A DNA stretch of 64,000 bases. Source: Heterodontus francisci. Its lineage: Eukaryota. The stretch spans positions 5,588,453-5,652,452 of the forward strand of contig NC_090383.1 in the NCBI RefSeq assembly GCF_036365525.1, read 5' to 3'. Below the pieces are notes generated by a model that was not told the origin of the DNA, searched no databases, and saw only the letters and a program-made list of their open reading frames with translations. Every line of letters starts with the position of its first letter. Position 1 is the first letter of the stretch. A program made the position numbers and the translations under genes. This document shows positions 1-12,300 of the stretch, one piece after another.

Positions 1-723
1 TGTAAATCCAAATTGTTTATCGCAGCTCTTTAGTTTCTTGTAAATACTAATTATTAAAAAGCACACATTTTACACAGCGTACTAGGTAAGTATAATTGTC
101 GGTTAAGTTATATTAATAGTATAATTTTCTACTTGAAGTGTCTTGTGTAGCGCATGTAATAATGTCCTCTAGGGAAGGAAAGCTGCAGTCCTTACCTAGT
201 CTGGCCTACATGTGTCTCCAGACCCACAGCAATGTGGTTGACTCTTAACTGCCCTTCTGAATTGACCTAGCAAGACACTCGGTTCTCAAGGGCAATTAGG
301 GATGGGTAACAAATGCTGACCTTGCCAGCGACGCCCACATCCCATGAAAGAATAAAAAAATGTGTTAATGAACAGTACAGCAGACAAGCATGCTGCTGCC
401 CTTTCATATTCAGGATCTGTATTGAAGTTCAGTCCAGAAGTCTCAACCTGTCTTCGAAAGAGCTATCCAATTGGATCCACTCCCCTGCTCTTTCCCCATA
501 CCCCTGCACATTTTTCCCTTCAAGTATTTATCCAATTCCCTTTTGAAAGTTACGATTGAAACTGCTTCCACCGCCCTTTCAGACAGCGCGTTCCACATCC
601 CAACAATTCGCTGCGTAAAATTCTGGAACTCTCTACTGTACAGATCGCATTTGTATGTGTTTTATTCTTTAATTAATTTTTGCCATCTTACAGTTCCTTA
701 TTGTGATATCTTCTTTCTCCCAG

Positions 724-905
724 TTTGTTTTCAAGTTTCATACAACAAAGAATCAGGACCATTATCTGCAAGCTACACATCTTGAAGAACGCGATGCCTG
801 GGTGAAGGACATTAAGAGAGCAATTCAGTGCATCGAAGGTGGTCAGAAGTTTGCACGCAAGTCAACAAGGAAGTCCATCAAGCTGCCCGCAGATATACAT
901 TTGGG
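724..905 (+). CDS. PLEK: Pleckstrin coding exon 3 (end of N-terminal PH domain and PKC-site linker); first PLEK exon in window
   Basis: ttctcccag|TTTGTT...TTGGG|gtaag. Encodes FVFKFHTTKNQDHYLQATHLEERDAWVKDIKRAIQCIEGGQKFARKSTRKSIKLPADIHL(G), matching pleckstrin including the FARKSTRxS PKC motif. 182 bp, phase 0 to 2. Confidence 0.96.
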
Positions 906-1174
906 GTAAGAACTTCACTTGACTTGTTTCTGCCCTGTTGTAGATACAACAGCAAATTGATTAATCTACACAGTTGATCTAGTTTGGTGAGATAGATGCA
1001 TTGACCTGTAGCTAAATTGTATTCTTAAAAAGAGAGTCAGAGACTTTTGCAGCATCAGTTTTATCAGACCCAGTTTGATGATGGTATATATGTAGAAGAA
1101 TGTGGTTAAGAATGTGGTTGGGGTGAGTCTGTCAGGAATAGAAACCATGAGGGTGTCAAGACCAGACATGATAC

Positions 1175-3222
1175 GAACATACAAATGAACATACGAAGTA
1201 GGAGCAGGAGTAGGCCAATCGGCCCTTCGAGCCTGCTCCACCATTCAATAGGTTCATGGCTGAACTGATCACTCAACATTTCCACCTACCCCCGATAACC
1301 TTCCACCCCCTTGCTTATCAAGAATCTATCTACCTCTGCCTTATAAATATTCAAAGACTCTGCTTCCACCGCCTTTTGAGGAAGAGAATTCCAAAGGTCA
1401 CGACCCTCTGAGAGAAAAAAATTCTCCTCATCTCTGTCTTGAATGGGTGACCCCTTATTTTTAAACAGTGATCCCTAGTTCTAGATCCTCCCACAAGGGG
1501 AAAGATCTGTTCCACCCTGATAAAACCCCTCAGAATCTTATATGTTTCAATCAAATCGCCTCTTATTCTTCTAAACTCTAGCGGATATAAGCCCAGCCTG
1601 TCCAATCTTTCCTCGTAATACAGCCCACCCATTCCAGGTATTAGTCTAGTAAACCTTCGCTGTACTGCCTCCAATGCATTTACATCCTTCCTAAATAAGG
1701 AGACTGTACACAGTACTCCAGATGTGGTCTCACCAATGCCCTGTATATCTGAAGCATAACCTCCTACTTTTGAACTTAATTCCCCTCGCGATAAACGACA
1801 ACATTCTATTAGCTTTCCTAATTACTTGCTGTACCTGCATACTAACCTTCTGCGATTCATGCACTAGGACACCCAGATCCTTCTGCATCTCAGAGCTCTG
1901 CAATCTCTCAACATTTAGATAATATGCTTCTTTTTTATTCTTCCTGCCAAAGTGGACAATTTCCCACTTTCCCACATTATACTCCATTTGCCAGGTCTTT
2001 GCCCACTCACTTAACCTATCTATATCCCTTTGTAGCCCCCTTATGTCCTCTTCACAAGTTACTTTCCTACCTATCTTTGTGTCATCAGCAAATTTAGCAA
2101 CCATACCTTTGGTCCCTTCATCTAAATCATTTATATAAATTGTAAAAAGTTGAGGCCCCAGCACAGATCCCTGTGGCACAACACTCGTTACATCTTGCCA
2201 ACCAGAAAATGACCCATCTATGCCTACTCTCTGTTTCCTGTTAGCTAGCCAATCTTCTATCCATGCCAATATGTTGCCCCCTACACCATGAGCTTTTATT
2301 TTCTGCAATAACCTTTGATATGGCACCTTATCAAATGCCTTCTGGAAATCTATGTACAATACATCCACCGGTTCCCCTTTATCCACAACACATGTGACTC
2401 CCTCAAAGAACTCTACTAAATTGGTTAAACATGATTTTCCTTTCACAAAACCATGTTGACTCTACTTGATTACCTTGAATTTTTCTAAATGCCCTGCTAT
2501 AACGTCTTTAATAATAGCTTCTAACATTTTCCCTTAGATGTTGAGCTAACTGGCCCGTAGTTTCCTGCTTTCTGTCTCCCTCCCTTTTTGAATAAAGGAG
2601 TTACATTTGCTATTTTCCGATCTAACGGAACCTTCCCCGAATCTAGGGAATTTTGGAAAATTAAAACTAAGGTATCAACTATCTCACTGGCCACTTCTTT
2701 TAACACCTAGGATGAAGTCCATCAGGACCCAAGGACTTGTCAGTCTGCGGCTCCAACAATTTGTTCAGTACCACTTCCCTTGTGATTGTAATTTTCTTGA
2801 GTTCTTCCCTCCCTTCCATTTCCTGATACTGGGATGTTACTTGTATCCTCAATAGTGAAGACCGTGCAAAATATTTGTTCAATTCATCTGCCATTGTCTT
2901 ATTATCCCTTATTAATTCCCCAGACTCACTTTCTATAGGACCAATGCTCACTTTGTTAACTCTTTTTTAAATATCTATAGAAACTCTTATTATCTGTCTT
3001 TATATATCTAGCTAGCTTTTTCTCATATTCTAATTTTACCTTCCTTATCAATCTTTTAGTCATTCTTTGCTGTTTTTTATATTCTGTCCAATCTTCTGAG
3101 CTGCCTCCCATCTTTATGCAGTTATATGCTTTTTCTTTAAGTTTGATACTATCTTTAACTGTTTTAGTTAACCACGGATGGCAGTTCCCCCCTTGGAATT
3201 TTTGCAAGATGATGAGATGCAT
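1175..3222 (-). mobile_element. Decayed CR1 LINE fragment (RT through 3' end) in PLEK intron 3
   Basis: Frameshifted ORFs with [19 protein letters not shown]; CR1 3' tail near 1175-1260. Confidence 0.9.
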
Positions 3223-4289
3223 GAAACAACCAAGTGTGCCTTTACCCTAAAGTATCTACTCAAATCCCAACACCTTATACAGCCTGATCTTTGCAAACTT
3301 GCCTGTGTAAATCCATTGGCATTTGCTCTGTAATTGGTTGCAATAATTCCACCTCATCTACATGCCAATTGACCCTCAGTTAAACTCAATAGAAAGTATC
3401 GCTACCCCAGGGGGAAGACCTTCCATGACTGCAGTACAATACCTTTTGCTGATTGTGTAATGCATTAGGTGAATTAATACCAAAACCACACAAACCAGGA
3501 AGGGCCTAGGTTTTATCCCTTGTCTGTGCAAGCTAAAGCCACCCTGATCGACGTGACAGCATTCACTTTCAGTGTCCCAACCAACCCTGAACTGACCTTC
3601 AGAACCTCCCATTTAGTCTAACATCAAGACCACCTACTTTTCTTTGAAATGTCACCCATCTCAGTCCCACCCTCAGGGTCACTGCCACCGAAACCCTGAT
3701 CCAATTCCTTCTCACTTGCAGACATCCCATGCTCCCCTCATCACCAATTGAGTTCCACCCTCCATAAATTCCAAATCATTTTATCGCGCACTAAATTCTG
3801 TTCAAATATTACCCTTGTCATTGCAGATATATGGGGGCTCCCCAACCCTCAGCATATCAGTTTCCAAATCCTCATCCAGGTCTACAGATCCCTCTATGTA
3901 CCACCCTACCTCTGCAACCTCTTCCAGCAAAATGTCCCAGCTCTTCTGTTATGCTGTTTGTTACCTCTCCCTCTACCATAGATGCAGAGCCTTCAGTCAT
4001 CTTACCCCACACTCTGGAATTCTCTCCCTAAACACTTCCACTTTATCATATCACTCCCTATCTCCAAAAGCCTTTTAAAACCTATTTTGTCAACAATGTA
4101 TTTGGTTACTTCGTCTAAATTCCTTTCATTTTTTTCTCATTGTGACGCACTTTGTGATGTTTTGCTAAAATAAAAGCAGCATTTGAATCCACGTTGTGCA
4201 ATTAGCTACTAGGATTATCTTTGAAAAGCTACAGTAGGCTTAGCATTCCTTGAATTGGATATAACATTCCACACTTCCACCAACCAACG

Positions 4290-5050
4290 GGAATAATTTC
4301 TCTCTATTCTATCTATTCTCCTTAATATCTTGAAAACTTTGAACAAATCATCCCTTAACCTTCTAAATTCCAGGGAATACAACTATAGTTTGTGTAATCT
4401 GTCCTTGTAATTTAACCTTTGGAATCCAGATACCATTTTGGTAAATCTACACTGCACATTTTGCACAGAAGGAGATACACTACACTCCCACCAAGGCCTA
4501 TATATTCTTCCTAAGGTCTGTGCATAGAACTGCTCACAGTAACATCCAGGTGTGGTCTAACCAGGGCTTGGTATAGCTGAGGCATAACATCTACCCCCTT
4601 GTACTCCAATCCTCTAGATATAAAGGCCAGCATTTCATTAGTCTTTTTGATTATTTTCTCTACCTGCATGAAATTTTAAAGATCTATGTATTTAGACCCC
4701 CAAGTATCTTTGAACCTTCGGTGTTTCTAGCTTTTCCCCATTTAGAAAGTACCCTGTTCTATCCTTTTAAGGTACAAAATGGATGACCTTACACTTGCCT
4801 ATATTGAAATCCACTTGCCACAATTTTGTCCATTCACTAAATCCATTGATACCTCTTTGCAATTTTACACTTCCATCTACACTGCTCACAATGCCACCTA
4901 TCTTTGTGTCATCAGCAAATTGTGGCTTGCTATCCCATCATCTAAGTCGTTAAAAGATACAGTAAATCATTGAGACCCCAAAACAAATCCCTGTGGGGCA
5001 CCACTAGTCACATCCTGCTAATTAGATTACCTGCCTATTCTCCCTACTGC
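4290..5050 (-). mobile_element. Older CR1 fragment
   Basis: Degenerate RT C-terminal nucleotide pattern paralleling 1500-2230. Confidence 0.75.
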
Positions 5051-5117
5051 CTCTCGTAATCCTGCTGTAAGATGTCTGCACAAATACGGTAAGTCTTAGC
5101 TAAGCTTGCTGGAAACT

Positions 5118-5197
5118 GCGTGTGTGTGTGTGTGCGCGCGTGCGTGCGTGCGTGTGTGTGCGCATGTGTGTGTGCGTGTGTGTGTGTGAGAGTGAGA
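5118..5197. repeat. (TG/CG)n alternating purine-pyrimidine microsatellite
   Basis: gcgtgtgtgtgtgtgtgcgcgcgtgcgtgcg...gtgtgtgagagtgag. Confidence 0.9.
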
Positions 5198-5220
5198 GGG
5201 CTATCCCATGCCTATGTTTC

Positions 5221-5475
5221 GGCCGGAGCTCCCGTACTTTCGGAACTCTGTTTGGAGTTCTAAGGCATGACACTGCCGGGGAGGGGGGGAGGAGTGAAAT
5301 TTTCTGGTCGGGAGTGGGAGGGGAGCGGGGAAAACTCTTTGGTGGGGGGATGGTGGGAAGGGGTTGAGGGTTAAAGTTATTAAAGATGGTGGGGGGGGAA
5401 GGTTGGGATCTGAATAAAAGTTTTGGTGGGGGGGGAATGGACTATTAATGAATAGATTATTCCTTGGGGTATGGG
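5221..5475. repeat. Partial inverted copy of the 6290-6536 segment
   Basis: Reverse-complement similarity over about 250 bp (e.g. tattaatgaatagattattccttgg vs ccaaggaataatctattcattaata). Confidence 0.85.
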
Positions 5476-5763
5476 ATAAATTAGCATGAGAGGAAGTACA
5501 TCTCTTTTAAGTAGAAATCATAGCGCTTCAGTGGCAGGCATGTGTTCTTTGTCCAGCTTCCCTATTCAATTTTCTTGGCTTTACTTATTGATCTTTGCTA
5601 AAGAGCACCCTGGGATGATCTACTTTGCATTTCTTGCCAAATACAGACCTATCAATAATCCTATTAAAAACGATTTTGAAATTGTTTTCAGTGTAATTTG
5701 CTGCGTTAAAGAGAATGGCTTGTGGGTCTTAATTGCAGAAATCTTGTTTTTCCCTCTGTTTAG

Positions 5764-5855
5764 TGCTTTATACCTTTCTATGAAGGACCCTGAGGCGGGA
5801 GTAAAAGAACTGAAATTGCAAAAAGAGAAGAAAATCTTCAATCATTGCTTTGCAG
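5764..5855 (+). CDS. PLEK: Pleckstrin exon 4 (DEP domain start)
   Basis: ctgtttag|T GCT TTA...GCA G|gtaaa. Encodes ALYLSMKDPEAGVKELKLQKEKKIFNHCFA(G). 92 bp; phases fit both neighbours. Confidence 0.96.
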
Positions 5856-6109
5856 GTAAATATAAAACAAATGAATGCTTTTCTGTCTGTGGAAGTGTCA
5901 TTGAGGGTATTATTACAATGCATTCCATAGTCATCAGCGGTCTGCAACCTTGGGTACCAGGACTCTATAGCACATTGGCTCCTAGATTTTAGCTGCATGG
6001 GCTCCATCAGTTCCCTCAGTGGAGTCATGAAGTAGACTAAAGTGAACAAAATGCAACAACAACTTGCATTTATATAACTCCTTCAATGTAACAAAACATT
6101 CTATGGTAC

Positions 6110-6798
6110 TATGTCTACGTCATCGGGGGCGGCCGCTCCGTCCCAGGCAATGGTGTCCGGAGCCACCGCACAGTCGCTGGGGCTATTTTAACAGGGCTTC
6201 GAGCCCTTAGAAGAATTTTGAATTTTTAAAGGGAACAAAAGTGTAAAATTAAAGTTATACATTAAATAACATCTTCACTCCCCTTACCCAGCCCTCCAAG
6301 GAATAATCTATTCATTAATAGCCCATTTCACCCCCCAAAAAAATTTATTCTGATCCCGAGCTTTACCCTCCCGACCTTTGATAACTTTAACCCTCAACCT
6401 CTTCCCACCAACACCCCCCACCAATTCAAAGAGTTTTTCCCATCCTCCCGACCTGAAAATGTCACTCCTCCCCCTCCCCACTAGTGTCACACCTCAGAAC
6501 TCTGAATGGAGTTCGGAAGGTGTGGGAGCTCCGGCCAGCGGCCAGAATATTGGTGTGGGACAGCCGTCGGTACCAGGTAAGTAATTATTATTTAATTTTA
6601 ATATCATTTGCATATGAAAATGAAGGCCCCCCTGCCGAGTGGTGGCAGGGGGAAGGCCACACTGAGGCCTCACTGCCGCCGGAAAAATGCGGCGGGGTCT
6701 TCCCGGTGTTGGGAGTCATGGTGGGCCTCTCCCGGAAGAATTTTCTGGGCCCCCCCGGCCACAACCCCCGACGCCGGAGGGCTCATAAAATTCAGCCC
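6110..6798. mobile_element. GC-rich MITE-like element inserted in an L2 tail
   Basis: Right end cataaaattcagccc. L2 3' sequence at 6055-6110 resumes at about 6800. Confidence 0.6.
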
Positions 6799-9700
6799 TT
6801 GGACTCTGAGTCACAGAAGGAAATAGTAGGACGGATGGTCAAAAGCTTGATTTAGGAGGCAGGTTTTAAGGAGCATCTTAAAGGAGGAGAGAGATATAGA
6901 GAGGCTGAGAGATTTAGGGATGGAATTCCAGAACTTAGGACCCAAGCAGTTGAAGGCATGGCCATCAATGGAGGAATGGTTAAAATCGGGGATGCTCAAG
7001 AGGCCAGGATTGAAGGAGCACACAGATTCCGAGAGCTTGTAGGGCTGGTGGAGACTAGAATGATAGGGAAGGGTGAGATTAAATATAGGTTAAACAATGC
7101 CCTTAAGCATTGAAAGCCATTGTGCATTAGCAACAACATCAATCCAACTAGTGGAGGATAAAATTCAGCCTCTTAATATCAAAATATTAAATAGGATGTA
7201 TAGAAACCAAGCATCATTATTGTATGTGTACACTCATCAGAATATCTCTGGTTGCCAAGAGGTGGATTTGTTATTATTATTTTCTTTGTAAGGTTCCTCC
7301 TCACTTAGCAAAAATTACGATCATAATCATAATCTAAAAATCAAACGTTGCCAATTGGTGTGTCGGTGAAATCCGTCTTTAAGCTTTAAAGTGGGGCTTC
7401 ATTCAGTCATTGGGTGAATTTATGGGTTGCAGAGAAAGCCTCTGCACTCTGGGCTGAGTAGGATCAGCTGCTCTTATTTGGTTTCCATAGCAACAATAAG
7501 AGTAACGCCATGATAGAGTTTATAAAAGACAAATGGGTTCCTTTGCCTCTTAAGTTCTTTGGCTTGGCAAAGTTCTGCATTCATTTCACCAGCTATTTGT
7601 CTCAGGTTTTAATATCCGTTTGTGGGTTTTAAGACATTTACCCCGGGTTTACATATTGCACAGTACACATCATCAGTAAGAATGGTGATTAAAAATCACT
7701 ACTTACTCACAGTGCAAATTAAAAAATGTAAGGAACACTTTAAAGCTATATACAGCGACTGAAAATTTGTTACTTCCACCCAGTTTCTAATCTGGCACAG
7801 TGGATCACCTGTCCAATTTTAATTGTAATCAGATTAACACCCATGCAGTGAAGGCAAACATTGACTCTATATTTGAGAAAATGAGAATACTTTGTGCTGC
7901 TGTATTTTGTGGGTTTGAATAACATCCTCACTGCTTGCAATATCAATATGTGTCAAGTTGTGCTCTGTTGTTGGCAATAGTGCTTCTATTTTTAAAAATA
8001 ATCACTTGAAGATTAATATGAGTGATGCATAATAAGACGCTGCTGTCTATATCCTAACTTGGACCAAGTTTGTTTCATGCATCACCCCTGAGCTCTCCGA
8101 CCTACATTGGCTCCCAGTCTGGCACGGCTTCCATTTTAAAATTCTCATCCTTTCTCCCTCCCAACCCCTTCCCCCAATCTCTGTAATTTCTCCAGCCTCA
8201 CAACCCTACATGATCTCTGTGAACCTCTAATTCTGGCCTCTTGAACATTCCCAATTTTAATCGTTCTACCATTGGGAGCCGTGCCTTCTACTGCCTGGGC
8301 CTTAAGCTCTGGAATTCCCTCCCAAAACCTCTCTGCCTCTCAATCTCTCGCTCCTCTTTTAAGGTGCTCCTGAAAATATAACTCTTTGACCAAGCTTTGG
8401 AATCCCTGTCCTATTATATCCTCGTGCCATATTTTGTTTGACAATTATTCCTGTGAAGTGCGTTGGAACATTTTACTATGTTAAAGGCACTATATAAATG
8501 CAAATTGTTGTTGAGTAAATGGACTAACTTGTCTACGATGGCATGTTGCATGTATTCTGCTATTTGTACGAACAGATGCCCAAACGTTTGTGAGCTGCAT
8601 CAGTAAGCCTAACATCCTGTTGTGGGTAAAGTATTAAAACAACCTGAAAGGGGAAATAATGAACTGGAGTTTGTGGTTGTAGTGACAGTGAAACTGTTAA
8701 CGTTCGCCATCATTACTCTGTGAAACTGGCAGAAACTCCTAGCATCTGCACATGTGCAGTTAAATGCAGAAATCCAGAAGTTGCTGCAAGTGATTCCCTG
8801 CTCCTCCACAGGGTGCGCTGTTGCAGTCCCCTCAGGCGGCAAACTTTAGAAATCACTGAACTGATGCGAACTTCCCCTTTTATACTGTAATATTGCCATT
8901 AATTAACTGTGTTAATTAGGTATTACTGGGTTAACTACGTATTAAGTAATAGATACTTTTGAACAACATCTCTGGCCCTGGAAAACTAATCGTATATTTG
9001 TGTATGTCAAATTTTTCATTATGATAAAAAATCTATAGTATTTTGATATCATAAAAAAATTTTTTTTTAAGTTTCTTTATGATTATTCAGCTTCTAATGT
9101 GCATGTCCCAATCATTTATTACACTCTCTGTAAAATTATAAAAAATGAAGGACAATCAGTGCATTTTACTTCCCGATTTGATGATGTGAAAATTCTACAA
9201 TGTGATTGGCTGATTACCCTGCTTGATGACATCACTGTTGTTGGATGCCTGGAGATCGCCTTGACTTGGAGCCAGATTCAAACTGACATTGTGAAAGGGA
9301 AAATCCATGCCACAGAGATCACTAATCTTTGTGGGCAACTTTATTTGAGGTCAGTGGCAGGTGGCATCACTTTGCCATTGCTTGCAAAATCTGGGCCAAT
9401 AAAACACCAAGATAGCTATGTTTTGACATATGTCGTGGAGTCAGTGTGGATTAATGGGAAGGAACCTTTGCCTAACAAATTTACTTGAGCTCTTCAAAGA
9501 AAAAAATGGACCTTGTTTACAATGGAAAATCTGTGGATATGACATGTTTGCACTTCAGCAAGGCTTTGATACCGTTAAGGTTATGGCGACTGGACTAGTC
9601 ACCTGGAGGACATGAGTTCAAATCCCACCATGATAATTTGTGCAATTGAACTTGACAAATCTGGTAAATTGGTGTGCTGGCACCAAAAAAATAATTGGCC

Positions 9701-9968
9701 ATGAGAGAGGATGGATTGCTGCAAAAACCCAACTGGTTCACTAATGTCCTTCAGAGAAGGAAATCTGCCACCCCTTACCTGATCTGGACCTACAGGTGAC
9801 TCCAGTCCCACAATATGTGGTTGACTTTAAATGGCTCTCCCACTACAATCTTGGGGGCAACTAGGGATGGGGATTAAATGATGCTTTTGCCTGTACCTGA
9901 GAACAAATAACACTAGGATAAAAAGTCAAGTACTTTTTTTTGATTCATTTTTTATATTATTATTGCAG

Positions 9969-10153
9969 GTTCCTCTGTGATTGACTGGTTGCTGTCAACT
10001 AACTTTGTCAGGAATCGGCGGGAGGGGATCATGTTGGCAGCAGCTCTCATCTGTGATGGGTACATTCAGCCAGCTGAGGATAAGGCCAAAGCAGCAGCTG
10101 AACAAATAGCTGAAAACTGCTTTATCGATGACTCTGACGCCTATTATTATTTC
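9969..10153 (+). CDS. PLEK: Pleckstrin exon 5 (DEP domain)
   Basis: tattgcag|GT TCC...TAT TTC|gtaagt. Encodes SSVIDWLLSTNFVRNRREGIMLAAALICDGYIQP...DAYYYF. 185 bp. Confidence 0.96.
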
Positions 10154-11014
10154 GTAAGTGGTAAAAACGAGCCATGTGGCAGAATATTTGCTTTATTTTC
10201 TGTTTATGACTTTTTAATGAAGGGTCTGACAACAGTCATTTTTGTTAGGAAAGGGTACTGATGGGATTTACTAGAATGATACCAGGGATGAGGGACTTCA
10301 GTTACGTGGAGAGTCTGAAGAAGCTGGCGTTGTTCTCCTTGGGGTAGAGAAGGTTAAGGGGAGTTTTTATAGAGGTGTTCAAAATCATGAGTCAAATGAT
10401 TAAGGAGAAACTTTTTCCAGTGGCAGAAGGATCAATAACTGGAGGAGACAGGTTTAAGGTGATTGGCGAACAAACCAGAGGCGACATGAGGAAACATTTT
10501 TTATGTAGTGATCTGGAATGCACCATCTGAAAGGGTGGTGGAAGATCATTTGGACCATGGACATGCCCTTTCCTGATGGCAGCCCCCCACTGTCTGGGGC
10601 ATGGAGCCTCCGGCTTAGATGGCAATACCCAGCCTGCTGCAGGGCGGCCGCTTCCATGGAGCTAGCCGTCTCCACATGCGGCCAGGGACCGCTCTTGCTG
10701 GTGGTGGTGGAAAATTGCCCTAACTGGGGCCTTAAGTATTTAATTTGGCTGCCTGCCTCTATGCAGCGGGCAGCCTATCTGCTTCCCAGGCCACCCCTGG
10801 GAAACATTCCCGGCGGCAGGAATGCATCGGGGAGCTGTCCCAACGCAGCTCCCCCCTATTTTCCGAGCCCTTTGTGTTACCTGTGATTTCACCCCTCATA
10901 CAACTACTAAAGATCATATGTGTCTTGAACGGTTAGGTGAAATGGTGTGGGTTGTTTTATTTTGGGAAAGTGTTTAATTGTGTCTAACTTCAGTGTATTT
11001 CCACCATCTTGCAG

Positions 11015-11119
11015 GCGGACAGTGGCTTTTTCAGTGAAGGAAATTCAAGTGATGACGATGAGGTTTTAAAAGAGGAGTTTCGAGGAGTCATTATAAAACA
11101 GGGATGTCTGCTGAAACAG
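11015..11119 (+). CDS. PLEK: Pleckstrin exon 6 (linker, start of C-terminal PH domain)
   Basis: cttgcag|GCG GAC...AAA CAG|gttggt. Encodes ADSGFFSEGNSSDDDEVLKEEFRGVIIKQGCLLKQ. 105 bp. Confidence 0.96.
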
Positions 11120-11384
11120 GTTGGTAATAAAGGAGGATCTGTGTTCATTACTACAGAGTACAGGGATAAAGGGACCACAGCACTGTACCTGTGTAATAAC
11201 ACTGTGTAGACAGGGGGGAAAGGGACGACAGTATAACACCGTACCTGTGTTACTTCACTGCAAAACTGTCTGGATGATCCACGTGTAACTATACGACCCA
11301 TTCACCAGTTTTTTCTCCATTCCCTTAAATCAAGCTGATTCTCTTCCTGCCTGTCACTGAGTTTACCCTAACACTCTTCTTCCT

Positions 11385-11752
11385 TTAGATTAGATTATGA
11401 TTAGATTAGATTAGAGATACAGCACTGAAACAGGCCCTTCGGCCCACCGAGTCTGTGCCGAACATCAACCACCCATTTATACTAATCCTACACTAATCCC
11501 ATATTCCTACCACATCCCCACCTGTCCCTATATTTCCCCTACCACCTACCTATACTAGTGACAATTTATAATGGCCAATTTACCTATCAACCTGCAAGTC
11601 TTTTGGCTTGTGGGAGGAAACCGGAGCACCCGGAGAAAACCCACACAGACACAGGGAGAACTTGCAAACTCCACACAGGCAGTACCCGGAATTGAACCCG
11701 GGTCCCTGGAGCTGTGAGGCTGCGGTGCTAACCACTGCGCCACTGTGCCGCC
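11385..11752 (-). mobile_element. HE1-type V-SINE (tRNA head, V domain, CR1-like tail)
   Basis: A box TGGCGCAGTGG, B box GGTTCAATTCC. V domain GTGGAGTTTGCAAGTTCTCCC...GGGTGCTCCGGTTTCCTCCCAC. (TCTAA)n tail. Confidence 0.9.
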
Positions 11753-12216
11753 ACTTTCTAACCTTAAAGCAGCCCTTCCCCCTCTCCTTCATTGTCGTCC
11801 ATCCCTGCTCAGTCCAGCTCCGACCTGAATCTGTCCGCTATTGCACCTGGCAAGGTTCTTTGCTCTTTTGTGCTGTTGCAAGCATTAATTGATGATGCTG
11901 CTTTCTGAGTTCATGCCCAGAGCATTCAGAGACCCAGCGATACTCACTGTGGCACTATCAAAGGTGCAAACAGTAAAGTGTAACCCGGTCTAGTGCATTA
12001 GCAGCCAGACCTGAGTATAACTGGCATAGGGTGGTGTAAAGGTCTCATCTCGACTGATGTTTGTCAGCAAATTCTGCTGCACTGACTGGATTCAGAAATG
12101 TTGATGTTTGACATGTTCCATTGGGGGCTGATCTATTTTACAATCTTTCACTGGGCACAGATGTGCTTTTGAAGGCTCCACTGAGGGTATTGATGCTGTT
12201 ATCTTTTTCTTAATAG

Positions 12217-12300
12217 GGTCACAGGAGGAAAAACTGGAAAGTCCGAAAGTTTGTGCTGCGAGATGATCCTGCCTACTTGCATTACTATGACCCTGCAGCG
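12217..12300 (+). CDS. PLEK: Pleckstrin exon 7 (C-terminal PH domain)
   Basis: ttcttaatag|GGT CAC...GCA GCG|gtaggg. Encodes GHRRKNWKVRKFVLRDDPAYLHYYDPAA. 84 bp; not in the ORF track. Confidence 0.96.

Noticed and set aside
5486-5992. 168-aa ORF as a standalone gene
   Set aside because: Only 5764-5855 is pleckstrin-like and bounded by AG/GT; the rest is open intron.
6800-8512. Inverted L2 pair in PLEK intron 4 as a regulatory stem
   Set aside because: Encloses no exon, and such pairs are expected at this L2 density.
11140-11260. Repeat-spacer or CRISPR-like pattern
   Set aside because: Only about two degenerate 50-bp units in a vertebrate intron; no cas genes anywhere in the window.
11680-11752. 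tRNA gene (A and B boxes)
   Set aside because: SINE head continuing into the V domain; no proper acceptor stem; repeated seven times.
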